Source: an uncultured Gammaproteobacteria bacterium (GTDB lineage: Bacteria > Patescibacteriota > Microgenomatia > Woykebacterales > RBG-16-39-9b). Taken from it: DNA of 64,000 bases. The translations under genes were made by a program, and so were the position numbers. Positions 9,515-19,487 of this stretch are shown piece after piece; the first letter of the stretch is position 1, and each line of letters begins with the position of its first letter. A model generated the notes under the pieces. The model was not told the origin of the DNA. It searched no databases and worked only from the letters and a program-made list of their open reading frames with translations. The stretch covers positions 74,802 through 138,801 of the forward strand of contig CAZXPY010000001.1 in assembly GCA_964643435.1 (NCBI GenBank), read 5' to 3'.

Positions 9515-9520
9515 TAATAT

Positions 9521-10633
9521 GTGAAAATAGTCGTTATTATCCCCACGTACAACGAGAGAGAGAATATTGGTCCCTTAATTGATGCCCTTGAAGAAGAATT
9601 CGCTAAAATACCCCATGATTGCCATATCTTAGTAGTTGATGACAATTCTCCAGATAAAACCGCCCAAGTTGTAAAAGAAAAAATGGCCCAGTACGATGGA
9701 ATTTATCTCCTTACTGGTGCCAAAGCGGGTTTAGGTGCCGCTTATATCAGGGGAATGAAGTTTGCCAACGATAAACTCAAGGCGGACGCGGTTATGGAGA
9801 TGGATGCTGATTTTTCCCATAAACCTTCCGATGTCCCGAGATTAATTAAAGAACTGGACGAAGGTTACGATTTTGTTATTGGTTCGCGGCATATAAAGGG
9901 AGGCAGTATTCCCGCTGATTGGTCTTTGCTGCGTAAGCTAAACACAAAGGTAGCTAATTTGGTTGCCAGATATTTAGCCGGACTCTACCGGGTTAAAGAT
10001 TGTACCGCTGGATTTCGAGCGATTAATACGGCTCTTTTGCGAAAAATTGATCTAGATAATATCCGTACGAAAGGCTACTCCTTCCAAATCGGGATTTTAC
10101 ACGAGGCCATAAATGCAGGGGCGGTGATAAAAGAAGTGCCAGTTGATTTTATTGATCGAAAGAAAGGAGAAACAAAACTAGGATTTAATGTAAAAGAGCG
10201 GGTTCTTTTTATTTGGGACAGTATCTTAATTCGGTTTGAAAAAAGTGAAACTTTCTTTAAATTTGCCACGGTTGGTGCCACTGGAGTAGCGGTAAATTTA
10301 GGTTCACTTTTTATCCTTTACGAAAACTTTGGGATAATAAAAGAAATAGCATCGCCAATTGCAATTGAATTTTCAATAATTACGAATTTCCTTTTTAATA
10401 ATTCTTGGACCTTTAGTGAGCGAAAGGCAAGCTCACCTTTTTTAATAAAACTTATCAAGTTTAATATAGTTTCCTTGCTAGCTCTAATAGTTACTTACAC
10501 TACTTTTTTGATTACAACTCGCGTCTTTGGTGTATACTATCTAGTTGCTCAAAGTTTAGGAATTGTTTTGGCAATGCTTTGGAATTATTTTGTTAATTCA
10601 ATCTGGACCTGGAAAATAATAAAAGAAGGATAA
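9521..10633 (+). CDS. DPM1-like polyprenol-phosphate glycosyl synthase fused to a GtrA flippase domain
   Basis: PTYNERENI, DDNSPD and MDADFSH; C-terminal FFKFATVGATG...NF..N..WTF four-TM GtrA pattern. Confidence 0.9.
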   Translation: MKIVVIIPTYNERENIGPLIDALEEEFAKIPHDCHILVVDDNSPDKTAQVVKEKMAQYDGIYLLTGAKAGLGAAYIRGMKFANDKLKADAVMEMDADFSHKPSDVPRLIKELDEGYDFVIGSRHIKGGSIPADWSLLRKLNTKVANLVARYLAGLYRVKDCTAGFRAINTALLRKIDLDNIRTKGYSFQIGILHEAINAGAVIKEVPVDFIDRKKGETKLGFNVKERVLFIWDSILIRFEKSETFFKFATVGATGVAVNLGSLFILYENFGIIKEIASPIAIEFSIITNFLFNNSWTFSERKASSPFLIKLIKFNIVSLLALIVTYTTFLITTRVFGVYYLVAQSLGIVLAMLWNYFVNSIWTWKIIKEG

Positions 10634-10642
10634 AGCAAAATT

Positions 10643-11368
10643 ATGAAAGGCGTGGTTTTAGCTGGCGGAAAAGGTACAAGGCTCTACCCCCTAACCTTCG
10701 CTACTAACAAACACTTACTTCCAGTTTACGACAAACCAATGATTTTTTACCCAATCGAAACTCTTATAAGAGCGGGAATACGCGATATTATGGTTGTTAC
10801 TGGTGGTCCTCACGCTGGTCATTTTATTCACGTTTTAAAAAACGGGAAGGAATTGGGTATAAATCATCTTGAATTTACTTACCAGGAGAATGAAGGCGGT
10901 ATTGCTCACGCCCTTTCGTTAGCGGCTGATTTTGCCGATGGGGGCTCAATTACAGTTATTTTGGGGGACAATACTACCGATGCCAATATTAAAAAAGAGG
11001 TTGACAATTTTAAAGAAGGGGCCCTTATTTTTCTGAAAGAAGTCCAAGAACCCTCTCGTTTTGGTGTTCCTGTTTTTGACAGAAAAGGTAAAATTACTTC
11101 TATCGAAGAGAAACCAAAAAACCCTAAATCGAATATGGCAGTTACCGGTCTTTATATTTATGACGCTAAAGTTTTTGACTTTATTAAAAGGATCGAACCT
11201 TCAGATCGTGGAGAGCTAGAAATTACTGATGTTAATAATTTATATCTAAAAACCGGCCAATTAAATCACACTGTTTTACCGGGTTTTTGGTCTGATTCTG
11301 GTACTTTCGAAAGTCTTTTTCGTTCTAACCTTTTTTGGGCAACAAAAAAAGGTAAAATTTCTCTATGA
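10643..11368 (+). CDS. rmlA: Glucose-1-phosphate thymidylyltransferase (short SpsI-like form)
   Basis: LAGGKGTRLYPLT...NKHLLPVYDKPMI, LGDN, EEKP, RGELEITDVN. Confidence 0.88.
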   Translation: MKGVVLAGGKGTRLYPLTFATNKHLLPVYDKPMIFYPIETLIRAGIRDIMVVTGGPHAGHFIHVLKNGKELGINHLEFTYQENEGGIAHALSLAADFADGGSITVILGDNTTDANIKKEVDNFKEGALIFLKEVQEPSRFGVPVFDRKGKITSIEEKPKNPKSNMAVTGLYIYDAKVFDFIKRIEPSDRGELEITDVNNLYLKTGQLNHTVLPGFWSDSGTFESLFRSNLFWATKKGKISL

Positions 11369-12318
11369 AGGTACTTATTACTGGAATCGCGGGTTTCGCC
11401 GGTAGTCACCTCGTCGATCTTCTTCTCACCTTTAAAAATCTAAAAATCTCGGGGACGGTTCTTGAAGAAAAAAATATCGAAAATATAGCCGCCCGCAAAG
11501 ACAAATTAGTTTTGTTAGCTGGTGATTTACGTGACGCATATTTTGTGGGTGAGACTATCAAAAAAATTAAGCCAGACCTTATTTTTCACCTAGCCGGTAT
11601 TTCTTCAGCGGCGGTCAGTTTACAAAAGCCAAAAGAGACTTTAGAGAGTAATATAAGCGCTAATTTTAATTTACTAGAAGCAATAAAAAATTACAGCAGG
11701 GAAAGTAAAGTCTTAATTGTTGGAAGCGCCGAAGAGTACGGTTTGGTGGCAGATAGGGATTTACCTATCGATGAAGAAACGCCGTTGCGTCCGGCTAACC
11801 TTTACGGCGTTTCCAAAATAGCCGTAGATTTTTTAGCCTTGCAGTATTTTTATTCTTATAAAATTAAAGTTGTTAGAATAAGACCTTTTAATCATATCGG
11901 TCCAAGACAGAAACCAGAGTTTGTGGTGGCTGATTTCGCCAACCAAATTGCTAAAATTATTTTAAATGAAACTTCTGCGTGGGTGCGCGTGGGTAATCTA
12001 GATGTAAAAAGAGATTTTACCGATGTTAGAGATATTGCCAGGGCGTACTGGCTAGCTTTAGAAAAAGGGCAATTCGGTGATGTTTATAATTTAGGTAGCG
12101 GCAAATCATATACAATTAGGACAATTCTACAAAAGTTAATAGATATTAGCGGTAGGAAGATAAAAATAAAACAGGACCCAGGAAAGTTACGTCCAGTTGA
12201 TATTCCAAATCTATTGTGTGATAATACAAAATTTGTGAAACAAACTGGTTGGCAGCCTACAATTCGGATTGACCAAAGTTTGAAGGACACGCTAGAATAT
12301 TTCAAGGTAAGCAAATGA
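11365..12318 (+). CDS. rmd: GDP-4-keto-6-deoxy-D-mannose reductase (GDP-D-rhamnose synthase)-like SDR
   Basis: [42 protein letters not shown]...RDFTDVRD; adjacent to gmd. Confidence 0.75.
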   Translation: MKVLITGIAGFAGSHLVDLLLTFKNLKISGTVLEEKNIENIAARKDKLVLLAGDLRDAYFVGETIKKIKPDLIFHLAGISSAAVSLQKPKETLESNISANFNLLEAIKNYSRESKVLIVGSAEEYGLVADRDLPIDEETPLRPANLYGVSKIAVDFLALQYFYSYKIKVVRIRPFNHIGPRQKPEFVVADFANQIAKIILNETSAWVRVGNLDVKRDFTDVRDIARAYWLALEKGQFGDVYNLGSGKSYTIRTILQKLIDISGRKIKIKQDPGKLRPVDIPNLLCDNTKFVKQTGWQPTIRIDQSLKDTLEYFKVSK

Positions 12319-13289
12319 AAAAAGCACTGATAACTGGTGTTACCGGGCAAGACGGTTCCTACTTAGCCGAATTTCTAATAAAAAAAGGGTATCAAGTTTT
12401 TGGTTTAACAAGACGCAACAGTACCCCAAATTATGAGCGTATCGCTCATATTATTGAAAAAATTACCCTTCTCCAAGGGGATTTACTCGATGAACATTCC
12501 CTCACTAATGCGATTAAAGAAAGCGATCCTGACGAAGTTTATAACCTAGCGGCCCAGTCGTTTGTTCCTACCTCTTGGAACCAGCCAGTTTTAACTGGAG
12601 AATTTACTGCTCTTGGAGTAACAAGAGTTTTAGAAGCAATAAAGTTAATAAAACCTACGGCCCGGTTTTACCAAGCTTCTAGTTCCGAGATGTTTGGCAA
12701 GGTTTTAGAAGCTCCCCAAAACGAAAAAACCCCCTTTTATCCAAGAAGTCCCTATGGAGTTGCCAAAGTTTACGGCCATTGGATTACGGTGAACTACCGG
12801 GAGTCTTATGGGCTATACGCTGTTAGTGGTATTTGCTTTAACCACGAATCACCGAGAAGAGGATTAGAATTTGTTACCAGAAAAATAAGTAACGGGGTTG
12901 CTAGAATTAAATTAGGATTACAAAAAGATTTACACCTAGGAAATCTAGAAGCAAAAAGAGATTGGGGGTACGCACTCGACTATGTTGAAGCAATGTGGTT
13001 AACCCTGCAACAAAAAAAGCCTCAAGATTTTGTAATTGCCACGGGGAAGAGCCATTCGGTAAGAGATTTCGTTGAGGTGGCCTTTGAACACGTGGGAATT
13101 AAGAATTGGAATAGGTATGTAGTAGGGGATAAAAAATTAATTAGATTGGCAGAGGTTGACTACTTAGTTGGTGACGCAACGAAAGCAAGAAGAATCTTAA
13201 ATTGGAAGCCTAAGGTTAGTTTTAAAGAATTAGTTAAAATGATGGTAGATGCCGATTTGAAGTCTGAACAAAAAAATCTTAGACTTTAA
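12315..13289 (+). CDS. gmd: GDP-mannose 4,6-dehydratase
   Basis: [48 protein letters not shown]. Confidence 0.96.
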   Translation: MKKALITGVTGQDGSYLAEFLIKKGYQVFGLTRRNSTPNYERIAHIIEKITLLQGDLLDEHSLTNAIKESDPDEVYNLAAQSFVPTSWNQPVLTGEFTALGVTRVLEAIKLIKPTARFYQASSSEMFGKVLEAPQNEKTPFYPRSPYGVAKVYGHWITVNYRESYGLYAVSGICFNHESPRRGLEFVTRKISNGVARIKLGLQKDLHLGNLEAKRDWGYALDYVEAMWLTLQQKKPQDFVIATGKSHSVRDFVEVAFEHVGIKNWNRYVVGDKKLIRLAEVDYLVGDATKARRILNWKPKVSFKELVKMMVDADLKSEQKNLRL

Positions 13290-13394
13290 AGTTAAATTTT
13301 TATTTTTTTAAGTAAAATGACACTTTCCTTTTTGATTACAATTTCCAGAAGTTCTTTAGGAAAAATTTATAATTAATGAAAAAGATGGGTCGCG

Positions 13395-13835
13395 ATGAAA
13401 ATTGATAAAGACGAAATTGAGGATTGTAAAAAAGTACCAACATTTGACCAAAACGGAGAGGAAAATGGTTTTTTAACCGAACTTTTTAAAAAGGGTAATA
13501 AAACTACTGCTTATCTTTCAGGAGTAAAAACTGGCGGTTTCAAAGGCTATCATCTTCACCGTATTCGAGCGGCTAATTATGTCTGCATCAAAGGTAAGAT
13601 GAAAATAATTTTATACCTTAGAGACGGAGGCCGTTACGTACGAAAAGAATATATTTTAGACGCAAATAAGCCTCAAAGACTATTTATCCCACCCTTAGTA
13701 CCAACTGGGCTACAAAATATTGCTTCCGAAGAATCCTGGCTTATTAATTATCCTTACCCTCCCTATGACCCGGCTCTTTTAGATGAACAAATTGAATATA
13801 CGCAAGAAGAACTGGATAAAGGAGTAGTTAAGTGA
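13395..13835 (+). CDS. Divergent RmlC-like cupin (NDP-keto-sugar epimerase/isomerase)
   Basis: GFLTELF, KGYHLH, LFIPP...G..N; translationally coupled to rmlB. Confidence 0.65.
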   Translation: MKIDKDEIEDCKKVPTFDQNGEENGFLTELFKKGNKTTAYLSGVKTGGFKGYHLHRIRAANYVCIKGKMKIILYLRDGGRYVRKEYILDANKPQRLFIPPLVPTGLQNIASEESWLINYPYPPYDPALLDEQIEYTQEELDKGVVK

Positions 13836-14806
13836 AAATACTGGTTACTGGCGGGACGGGATTTATGGGTAGCGATTTTGTGCGAACCTTTGTTCGCAAA
13901 TATCCAAAGAACCAAGTGGTAGTTTTAGATAAATTAACCTATGCTGGTAACCTTGAAAACTTAAAAGAAATAAAGGAAAGAAAAAATTTTGAGTTTATTA
14001 AAGGTGATATTGGCGACGCGAGTTTAGTTAATAAATTAATGGAAGGCGTGGAGGTAGTTTTTCATTTTGCCGCGGAAACTCACGTTGATCGCTCAATTTT
14101 AGATCCGCAAGTGTTTATCAAAACTAATGTTTTAGGTACCCAAACTTTACTTGACTCTGCCCTAAAAAATAGAATTAAGAGGTTTCATCACATTAGTACG
14201 GATGAAGTTTTTGGCTCCCTTCCTCTAAATTCTAAAAAAAAATTCACGGCTGAATCACCATACAAACCACGTAGCCCTTACGCTGCTTCCAAAGCGGCCG
14301 CTGATCATTTAGTGAGAGCTTATTTTGTAACTTTAGGGTTGCCAATTATAATTACAAATTCATCAAACAATTTTGGTCCATACCAATATCCGGAAAAATT
14401 TGTTTCGCTTTCAATCACCAATGCTCTTGAAAATAAAAAAATTCCAATTTATGGAGACGGTCAACATACCCGAGACTGGCTTTTTGTGGAAGATCACACG
14501 ACTGCAGTTATGACTACCCTAGAAAAGGGTAAGATCGGAGAAACTTATTTAATTAGCGCTGATAACGAATATATGAATATTGATTTAGCGAAAAAGATTT
14601 TAGGAATTTTAAAAAGGAGTGAATCTTTAATTGAGTTTGTTAAAGACCGTCCTGGTCATGATCGACGTTACGCTTTGGATGGGAGCAAAATCAAAAAGCT
14701 TGGTTGGGAACCAAAAAACAGTTTCGATAAAGCTCTTAAAGCAACCATTAAATGGTATCAAAAAAACCCAAGTTGGTGGAAAAAACTTAACGCTAGAAAT
14801 TTATGA
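13832..14806 (+). CDS. rmlB: dTDP-glucose 4,6-dehydratase
   Basis: DKLTYAGN, HFAAETHVDRSI, STDEVFG, PYAASKA, DRPGHDRRY. Confidence 0.96.
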   Translation: MKILVTGGTGFMGSDFVRTFVRKYPKNQVVVLDKLTYAGNLENLKEIKERKNFEFIKGDIGDASLVNKLMEGVEVVFHFAAETHVDRSILDPQVFIKTNVLGTQTLLDSALKNRIKRFHHISTDEVFGSLPLNSKKKFTAESPYKPRSPYAASKAAADHLVRAYFVTLGLPIIITNSSNNFGPYQYPEKFVSLSITNALENKKIPIYGDGQHTRDWLFVEDHTTAVMTTLEKGKIGETYLISADNEYMNIDLAKKILGILKRSESLIEFVKDRPGHDRRYALDGSKIKKLGWEPKNSFDKALKATIKWYQKNPSWWKKLNARNL

Positions 14807-15702
14807 AGGTTCTAATAACCGGAGCTTACGGACTGATTGGATCGAGAATCTTAGAACTAGCACCGAAAAATTGGGAGATAATTACCCTTTCAAACGAACT
14901 TAAAAAAGAAGAGTTTAAAAACGTTTTTCATGTAAATGCTGATATAAAAGACTTTGAAAAAATTGAAAAGGCTTTTTTCAAATATGAACCTAATTGGATT
15001 CTACATTTAGCGGCCTATACTAATGTCGATGGGGCCGAACGAGAAAAAAATTTAGCCTATGAGATTAATTGTCTTGGTACCAAAAATATTGCGGCTCTTT
15101 CAAAAAAAGTAGGAGCAAAACTAATTTTTTTGTCCACCGACCATGTTTTTGACGGCAGAAACGGTAATTTTAAAGAAGAAGACAAAACAAATCCAATAAA
15201 TTATTATGGTTTTACAAAGCTAAAAGGAGAAGAAGAAGTCTTGAAAAATGCAGCGACTTACACTATTTTAAGGATTTCTTATCCCTACCGCGCTAAATTT
15301 GAACCAAAATCCGACTCCTTCCGTTTCATATTAAAATCCTTAACTACTGGTAAGAGTTTAAAATTAGTCTCTGATCAATTTATAACCCCAACATTTATTG
15401 ATGATTTAGCTTTAATTATTTTTTCAGTTATTGAAAGGAATATTTTTGGTTTATATCATAGCGCCGGTAATGAGTGTTTAACCTTTTTTGATATGGGAAA
15501 ACTTATTAGTAAAATTTTTGGATTAGACGAAAAATTGATAACCGAAACAAGGTTAGAGATGTTTCTAAAAGAATCTGGAAGAATCGCCAAACAACCCAAA
15601 AAAAGTTGTTTAGATTCAAGTAACCTTAGAGATAAGCATAATTTAGAAGTTAGAGGAATTAGCAGCGTTTTGCCAGAAATCAAAAGGGAGATAGTTTCAT
15701 GA
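14803..15702 (+). CDS. rmlD: dTDP-4-dehydrorhamnose reductase
   Basis: AAYTNVDGAE, STDHVFDG, PINYYGFTKLKGE, DQFITPT. Confidence 0.9.
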   Translation: MKVLITGAYGLIGSRILELAPKNWEIITLSNELKKEEFKNVFHVNADIKDFEKIEKAFFKYEPNWILHLAAYTNVDGAEREKNLAYEINCLGTKNIAALSKKVGAKLIFLSTDHVFDGRNGNFKEEDKTNPINYYGFTKLKGEEEVLKNAATYTILRISYPYRAKFEPKSDSFRFILKSLTTGKSLKLVSDQFITPTFIDDLALIIFSVIERNIFGLYHSAGNECLTFFDMGKLISKIFGLDEKLITETRLEMFLKESGRIAKQPKKSCLDSSNLRDKHNLEVRGISSVLPEIKREIVS

Positions 15703-16619
15703 AAATATTAGTAACTGGTGGAGCCGGTTTCATTGGTTCTCACGTGACAAAGCAGTTATGCGACAGGGACTTTGAGGTTGTAGTCTATGATGATCTCAGT
15801 CGTGGTTTCAGAGGGCTTATAGATTCTCGATCCGACTTCATCAAGGGATCGGTTTTAGATAAAGAAAAATTAGTTGGATCTTTAGCTGGTGTGAACGTGG
15901 TGATTCACATGGCTGCTCTTATTGTTGTACCAGAGAGTGTAGAAAAGCCGGACCTCTATTGGCACAACAATGTCGAAGGTACTAAGCAACTACTTGAAGC
16001 AATGAGAGAGGCGGCCGTAGAAAAAATAATTTTTTCATCTTCAGCAACAGTTTACGGAAACCCAGACAAACTACCTTTAACCGAAAACTCGCCCCTAAAA
16101 ACCCCATCTTCACCTTATGGTCAGACTAAGTTAGAAATGGAGAAATTAATTGAGTTGGAACATAGAAAGGGATGGTTAAACGCAGTTATTTTAAGATACT
16201 TTAATCCATATGGTCCAAACGAACTCCATATTCCCGAGACTCACGCTATTCCTAATTTTATTAAAGCGTCTCTTAAAAAAAATCCAACACCACTCTATTG
16301 GAAGGGCGAGCAAGTAAGGGATTTCATCTACGTTGAAGACTTAGCAGCGGCTCATATCGATACCTTAGAGCAAAAGGGTTTAAAAATTTACAACGTTGGG
16401 ACTGGTCAAGGTACAAAAGTAAAAGATTTACTTACAGATATTTCAGACATAATTGGGGTCAAGACCCGAATCAAAGACTTAGGGGAGCGTTTTGGCGATG
16501 TTAGAGAACTTTGGGCCGATTCTTCGAAGATAAAAAGGGAAATTGGTTGGAAACCAAGAGTTAATTTGGTGGAGGGGTTAAAGAAAACAATTGATTTTTA
16601 TAAATCATACGGAAGTTGA
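15699..16619 (+). CDS. galE: UDP-glucose 4-epimerase
   Basis: TGGAGFIGSH, VPESV, FSSSATVYG, YGQTK, LRYFN, RDFIYVEDLA.AH. Confidence 0.82.
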   Translation: MKILVTGGAGFIGSHVTKQLCDRDFEVVVYDDLSRGFRGLIDSRSDFIKGSVLDKEKLVGSLAGVNVVIHMAALIVVPESVEKPDLYWHNNVEGTKQLLEAMREAAVEKIIFSSSATVYGNPDKLPLTENSPLKTPSSPYGQTKLEMEKLIELEHRKGWLNAVILRYFNPYGPNELHIPETHAIPNFIKASLKKNPTPLYWKGEQVRDFIYVEDLAAAHIDTLEQKGLKIYNVGTGQGTKVKDLLTDISDIIGVKTRIKDLGERFGDVRELWADSSKIKREIGWKPRVNLVEGLKKTIDFYKSYGS

Positions 16620-16643
16620 TTTGATAATCTAATTGTTTTATAC

Positions 16644-17666
16644 TTGCCGCCAATTCTTAATAAAATGGTAAAAAAGAAAAAAACAACTTCAAAAGTCGTC
16701 GTTATCGGTGGTGGGACAGGCTCCTATACTGTTTTAGTAGGATTAAAAAACTTACCCTTAAGCTTAACTTCAATTGTAACCATGATGGATTCTGGTGGTT
16801 CTTCGGGGAGGTTAAGGGACGAATTAGGTACCTTACCGCCAGGAGATATTCGCCAATCGATTATCGCTTTAAGCACTGATATAAACACAAATTTAGTACT
16901 CCGCAAACTTTTTGATTACCGTTTTACCAACGGAAGCGGTCTAGAGGGTCATAATTTTGGCAATCTTTTTGTGAGCGCTCTTACCAAAACGACCGGCAGT
17001 ATGGATAAAGCAGTTGATGCTATTTCTAAAGTTTTTAATGTTGAAGGAACAGTTTTGCCAGTAACGTTAGATGATGTCCATCTAGTAGCCGCTTATAGTG
17101 ATGGTGAGATAATAAGAGGGGAACACAATATTGACGATCCTAAATTTAAAAAAATAAAAAAAATAAAAAAAGTTTGGCTCGAACCTAAAGCCTCTGCTTT
17201 TCCCGGCGCCCTTAGTGCAATCGCCCAAGCTGATTTAATTATCTTAGGTCCAGGTGATTTATTTACCTCTCTTATCGCTAACCTTTGTGTGGAAGGAATT
17301 GCTAACGCAATAAGAGCCTCAAAAGCAAAGAAAGCTTATATTGTTAATTTGATGACAAAATTTGGCCAAACCGATAATTTTGGGGCCCGCGAACACGTTG
17401 AGAAAATCGAAAAGTACTTGGGTGAGAAATTGGACTTTATTCTTATAAATAATGAAAAACTACCAACTGATATTTTAAAAAGATATAAATTGGAGAGGGG
17501 TTATCCAGTTATTGATAATCTAGACAAAAATCATTATGTAATCGTAAGAGTCGATCTTTTGGGAACAAGTCCAGTTAAAAAAATTGATGGTGATACCCTA
17601 AAACGTAGTCTTATAAGACATAGCCCGACAAAACTAGCTAATGCTTTGTTTAGGCTATTAAAATAG
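16644..17666 (+). CDS. yvcK: YvcK/GlmR (UPF0052, CofD-like) UDP-sugar-binding protein; likely start ATG 16665
   Basis: IGGGTG, DSGGSSGRLR, PPGDIR, GHNFGNL, GPG.LFTS, NLMT..GQT. Confidence 0.9.
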   Translation: MPPILNKMVKKKKTTSKVVVIGGGTGSYTVLVGLKNLPLSLTSIVTMMDSGGSSGRLRDELGTLPPGDIRQSIIALSTDINTNLVLRKLFDYRFTNGSGLEGHNFGNLFVSALTKTTGSMDKAVDAISKVFNVEGTVLPVTLDDVHLVAAYSDGEIIRGEHNIDDPKFKKIKKIKKVWLEPKASAFPGALSAIAQADLIILGPGDLFTSLIANLCVEGIANAIRASKAKKAYIVNLMTKFGQTDNFGAREHVEKIEKYLGEKLDFILINNEKLPTDILKRYKLERGYPVIDNLDKNHYVIVRVDLLGTSPVKKIDGDTLKRSLIRHSPTKLANALFRLLK

Positions 17667-17673
17667 TTTTAAA

Positions 17674-19440
17674 ATGTGCGGAATTTTCGGTTTTGCTGGT
17701 ATTGAAAAAAAAGCGCCTCGAATAATCATCGATGGTTTAAAAGATTTAGAGTATCGAGGTTACGATAGTTGGGGAGTGGCCGTTACGAACGGATCAAAAA
17801 ACCAAAACTTTTTAAAAGTTGAGAAACATGTCGGAAAAATTGGGGAAGGCAAGAACAGTTTACCAAGTAGCAATTGCGGAATAGGTCATACCCGTTGGGC
17901 AACTCATGGCGGGGTAACAACCGCTAACGCCCATCCCCATCTTTCTTGTCAAGGCGATCTCGCTTTAATTCACAATGGCATCGTTGAAAATTATTTAGTT
18001 CTTCGTTCAAAACTTAAAAAGCATAAGCTTTTGTCGGATACAGATACGGAAATAATCGTTCATTTAATCGAAGAAGAAAAAAACAAGGGAGTAGATTTAC
18101 TTACCGCTACAAAGAAAGCTTTCAAGAAGCTTCAAGGTTTAAATGCTATTGCCCTCCTTTCAAGTGATGGTCAAATTATCACCGTAAAAAACGGCACACC
18201 TCTAGTTTTGGGAATTGGCAAAAACGAAAATTTCTTAGCTTCTGACCCGAGCGCCTTATTACCTCACACTAAGAAAGTAATCTTCTTAGAAGATAATAAT
18301 ATCGCTTCTCTCACTTCGAAGGGATGGCAAATTTTTGATCTAAACGGTAAAGAATTAAAGCCAAAAATCAGAAGATTAGATTGGAAGGTAGAGTCAGCTA
18401 AATTAGAAGGCTTTTCCCATTTTATGATTAAAGAGATTCATGAGCAGCCAAAAGTTATTCGTAATATCGCTAAAAACTATTCAAAACAAATTAATGAACT
18501 CTCAAAAATCATTAAAAAAGCAAGAGGAACTTTTTTTATTGGCTGCGGTAGCGCTTCTTACGCCGCTTTAGCCGGACAATATCTTTTTTCTAAAATTGCC
18601 GATTCCCACGTAAATTTTTCAATTGGCAGTGAATTTAATTACTTAGAGCACTATTTGAATAAAAACAGCCTTATCATTGCTTTATCTCAAAGTGGAGAGA
18701 CAATTGATGTCGTTGAACCAATAGCGGCAGTTAAAAAGAGAGGAGTAAAAGTGGTTGCCTTGACTAATGTTTTAGGGTCAACCCTTTATCGTTTAGCTGA
18801 TTATAAAATTCCTTTGGGCGCCGGACCAGAAAAGGCGGTATGCGCGACAAAAAGCTTTATTGCTATGGTTTCGATACTGATTTTTCTAGCTTATCAGATG
18901 AATAATGAAGGAAACAGCGCTAAAGAAATTCTTATTAAAGCGGCTGGTAATATTGAAGAGATGTTGAAAGATAAGTATCTGGAAAAAATAAGAAAATTGG
19001 CTAATAAAATTTATCACAAGGAACACGTTTATATTATTGGTCGGGGTCTCTCTTATGCAGCGGCATTAGAGGCGACTTTAAAACTTAAAGAGGTTTCTTA
19101 TATTCATAGTGAAGGATTTGCCGGTGGAGAACTTAAACACGGGGTGATTGCCTTAATCGAAAAGGGAACGCCGACAATAGTGTTTGTGCCAAATGACGAA
19201 ACTAAGGAGGCGATTCTTTCAAATGCGATCGAAATTAAATCTAGAGGGGGATATATTATTGGTGTTGGACCCTCTAATAACGAAGTATTCGACTATTACC
19301 TTTCCACATTTGATTGTCGAGAAGCTTCAATTATTGTAAACACTGTTCCGGTCCAACTTCTAGCCTACTATATAGCCTTAAAAAAGAATTTGGATCCAGA
19401 TATGCCTCGAAATCTCGCAAAATCAGTCACTGTTAGATAG
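17674..19440 (+). CDS. glmS: Glutamine--fructose-6-phosphate aminotransferase
   Basis: MCGIFG, LEYRGYDS, GHTRWATHG, SQSGET, ELKHG, PRNLAKSVTV. Confidence 0.98.
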   Translation: MCGIFGFAGIEKKAPRIIIDGLKDLEYRGYDSWGVAVTNGSKNQNFLKVEKHVGKIGEGKNSLPSSNCGIGHTRWATHGGVTTANAHPHLSCQGDLALIHNGIVENYLVLRSKLKKHKLLSDTDTEIIVHLIEEEKNKGVDLLTATKKAFKKLQGLNAIALLSSDGQIITVKNGTPLVLGIGKNENFLASDPSALLPHTKKVIFLEDNNIASLTSKGWQIFDLNGKELKPKIRRLDWKVESAKLEGFSHFMIKEIHEQPKVIRNIAKNYSKQINELSKIIKKARGTFFIGCGSASYAALAGQYLFSKIADSHVNFSIGSEFNYLEHYLNKNSLIIALSQSGETIDVVEPIAAVKKRGVKVVALTNVLGSTLYRLADYKIPLGAGPEKAVCATKSFIAMVSILIFLAYQMNNEGNSAKEILIKAAGNIEEMLKDKYLEKIRKLANKIYHKEHVYIIGRGLSYAAALEATLKLKEVSYIHSEGFAGGELKHGVIALIEKGTPTIVFVPNDETKEAILSNAIEIKSRGGYIIGVGPSNNEVFDYYLSTFDCREASIIVNTVPVQLLAYYIALKKNLDPDMPRNLAKSVTVR

Positions 19441-19487
19441 AATTCATTTTTTCCCTTTTGTATGGTAAAATTATGCACACATAAATT

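Noticed and set aside
17660-17680. glmS ribozyme upstream of glmS
   Set aside because: Only 7 nt separate yvcK and glmS, leaving no room for one.
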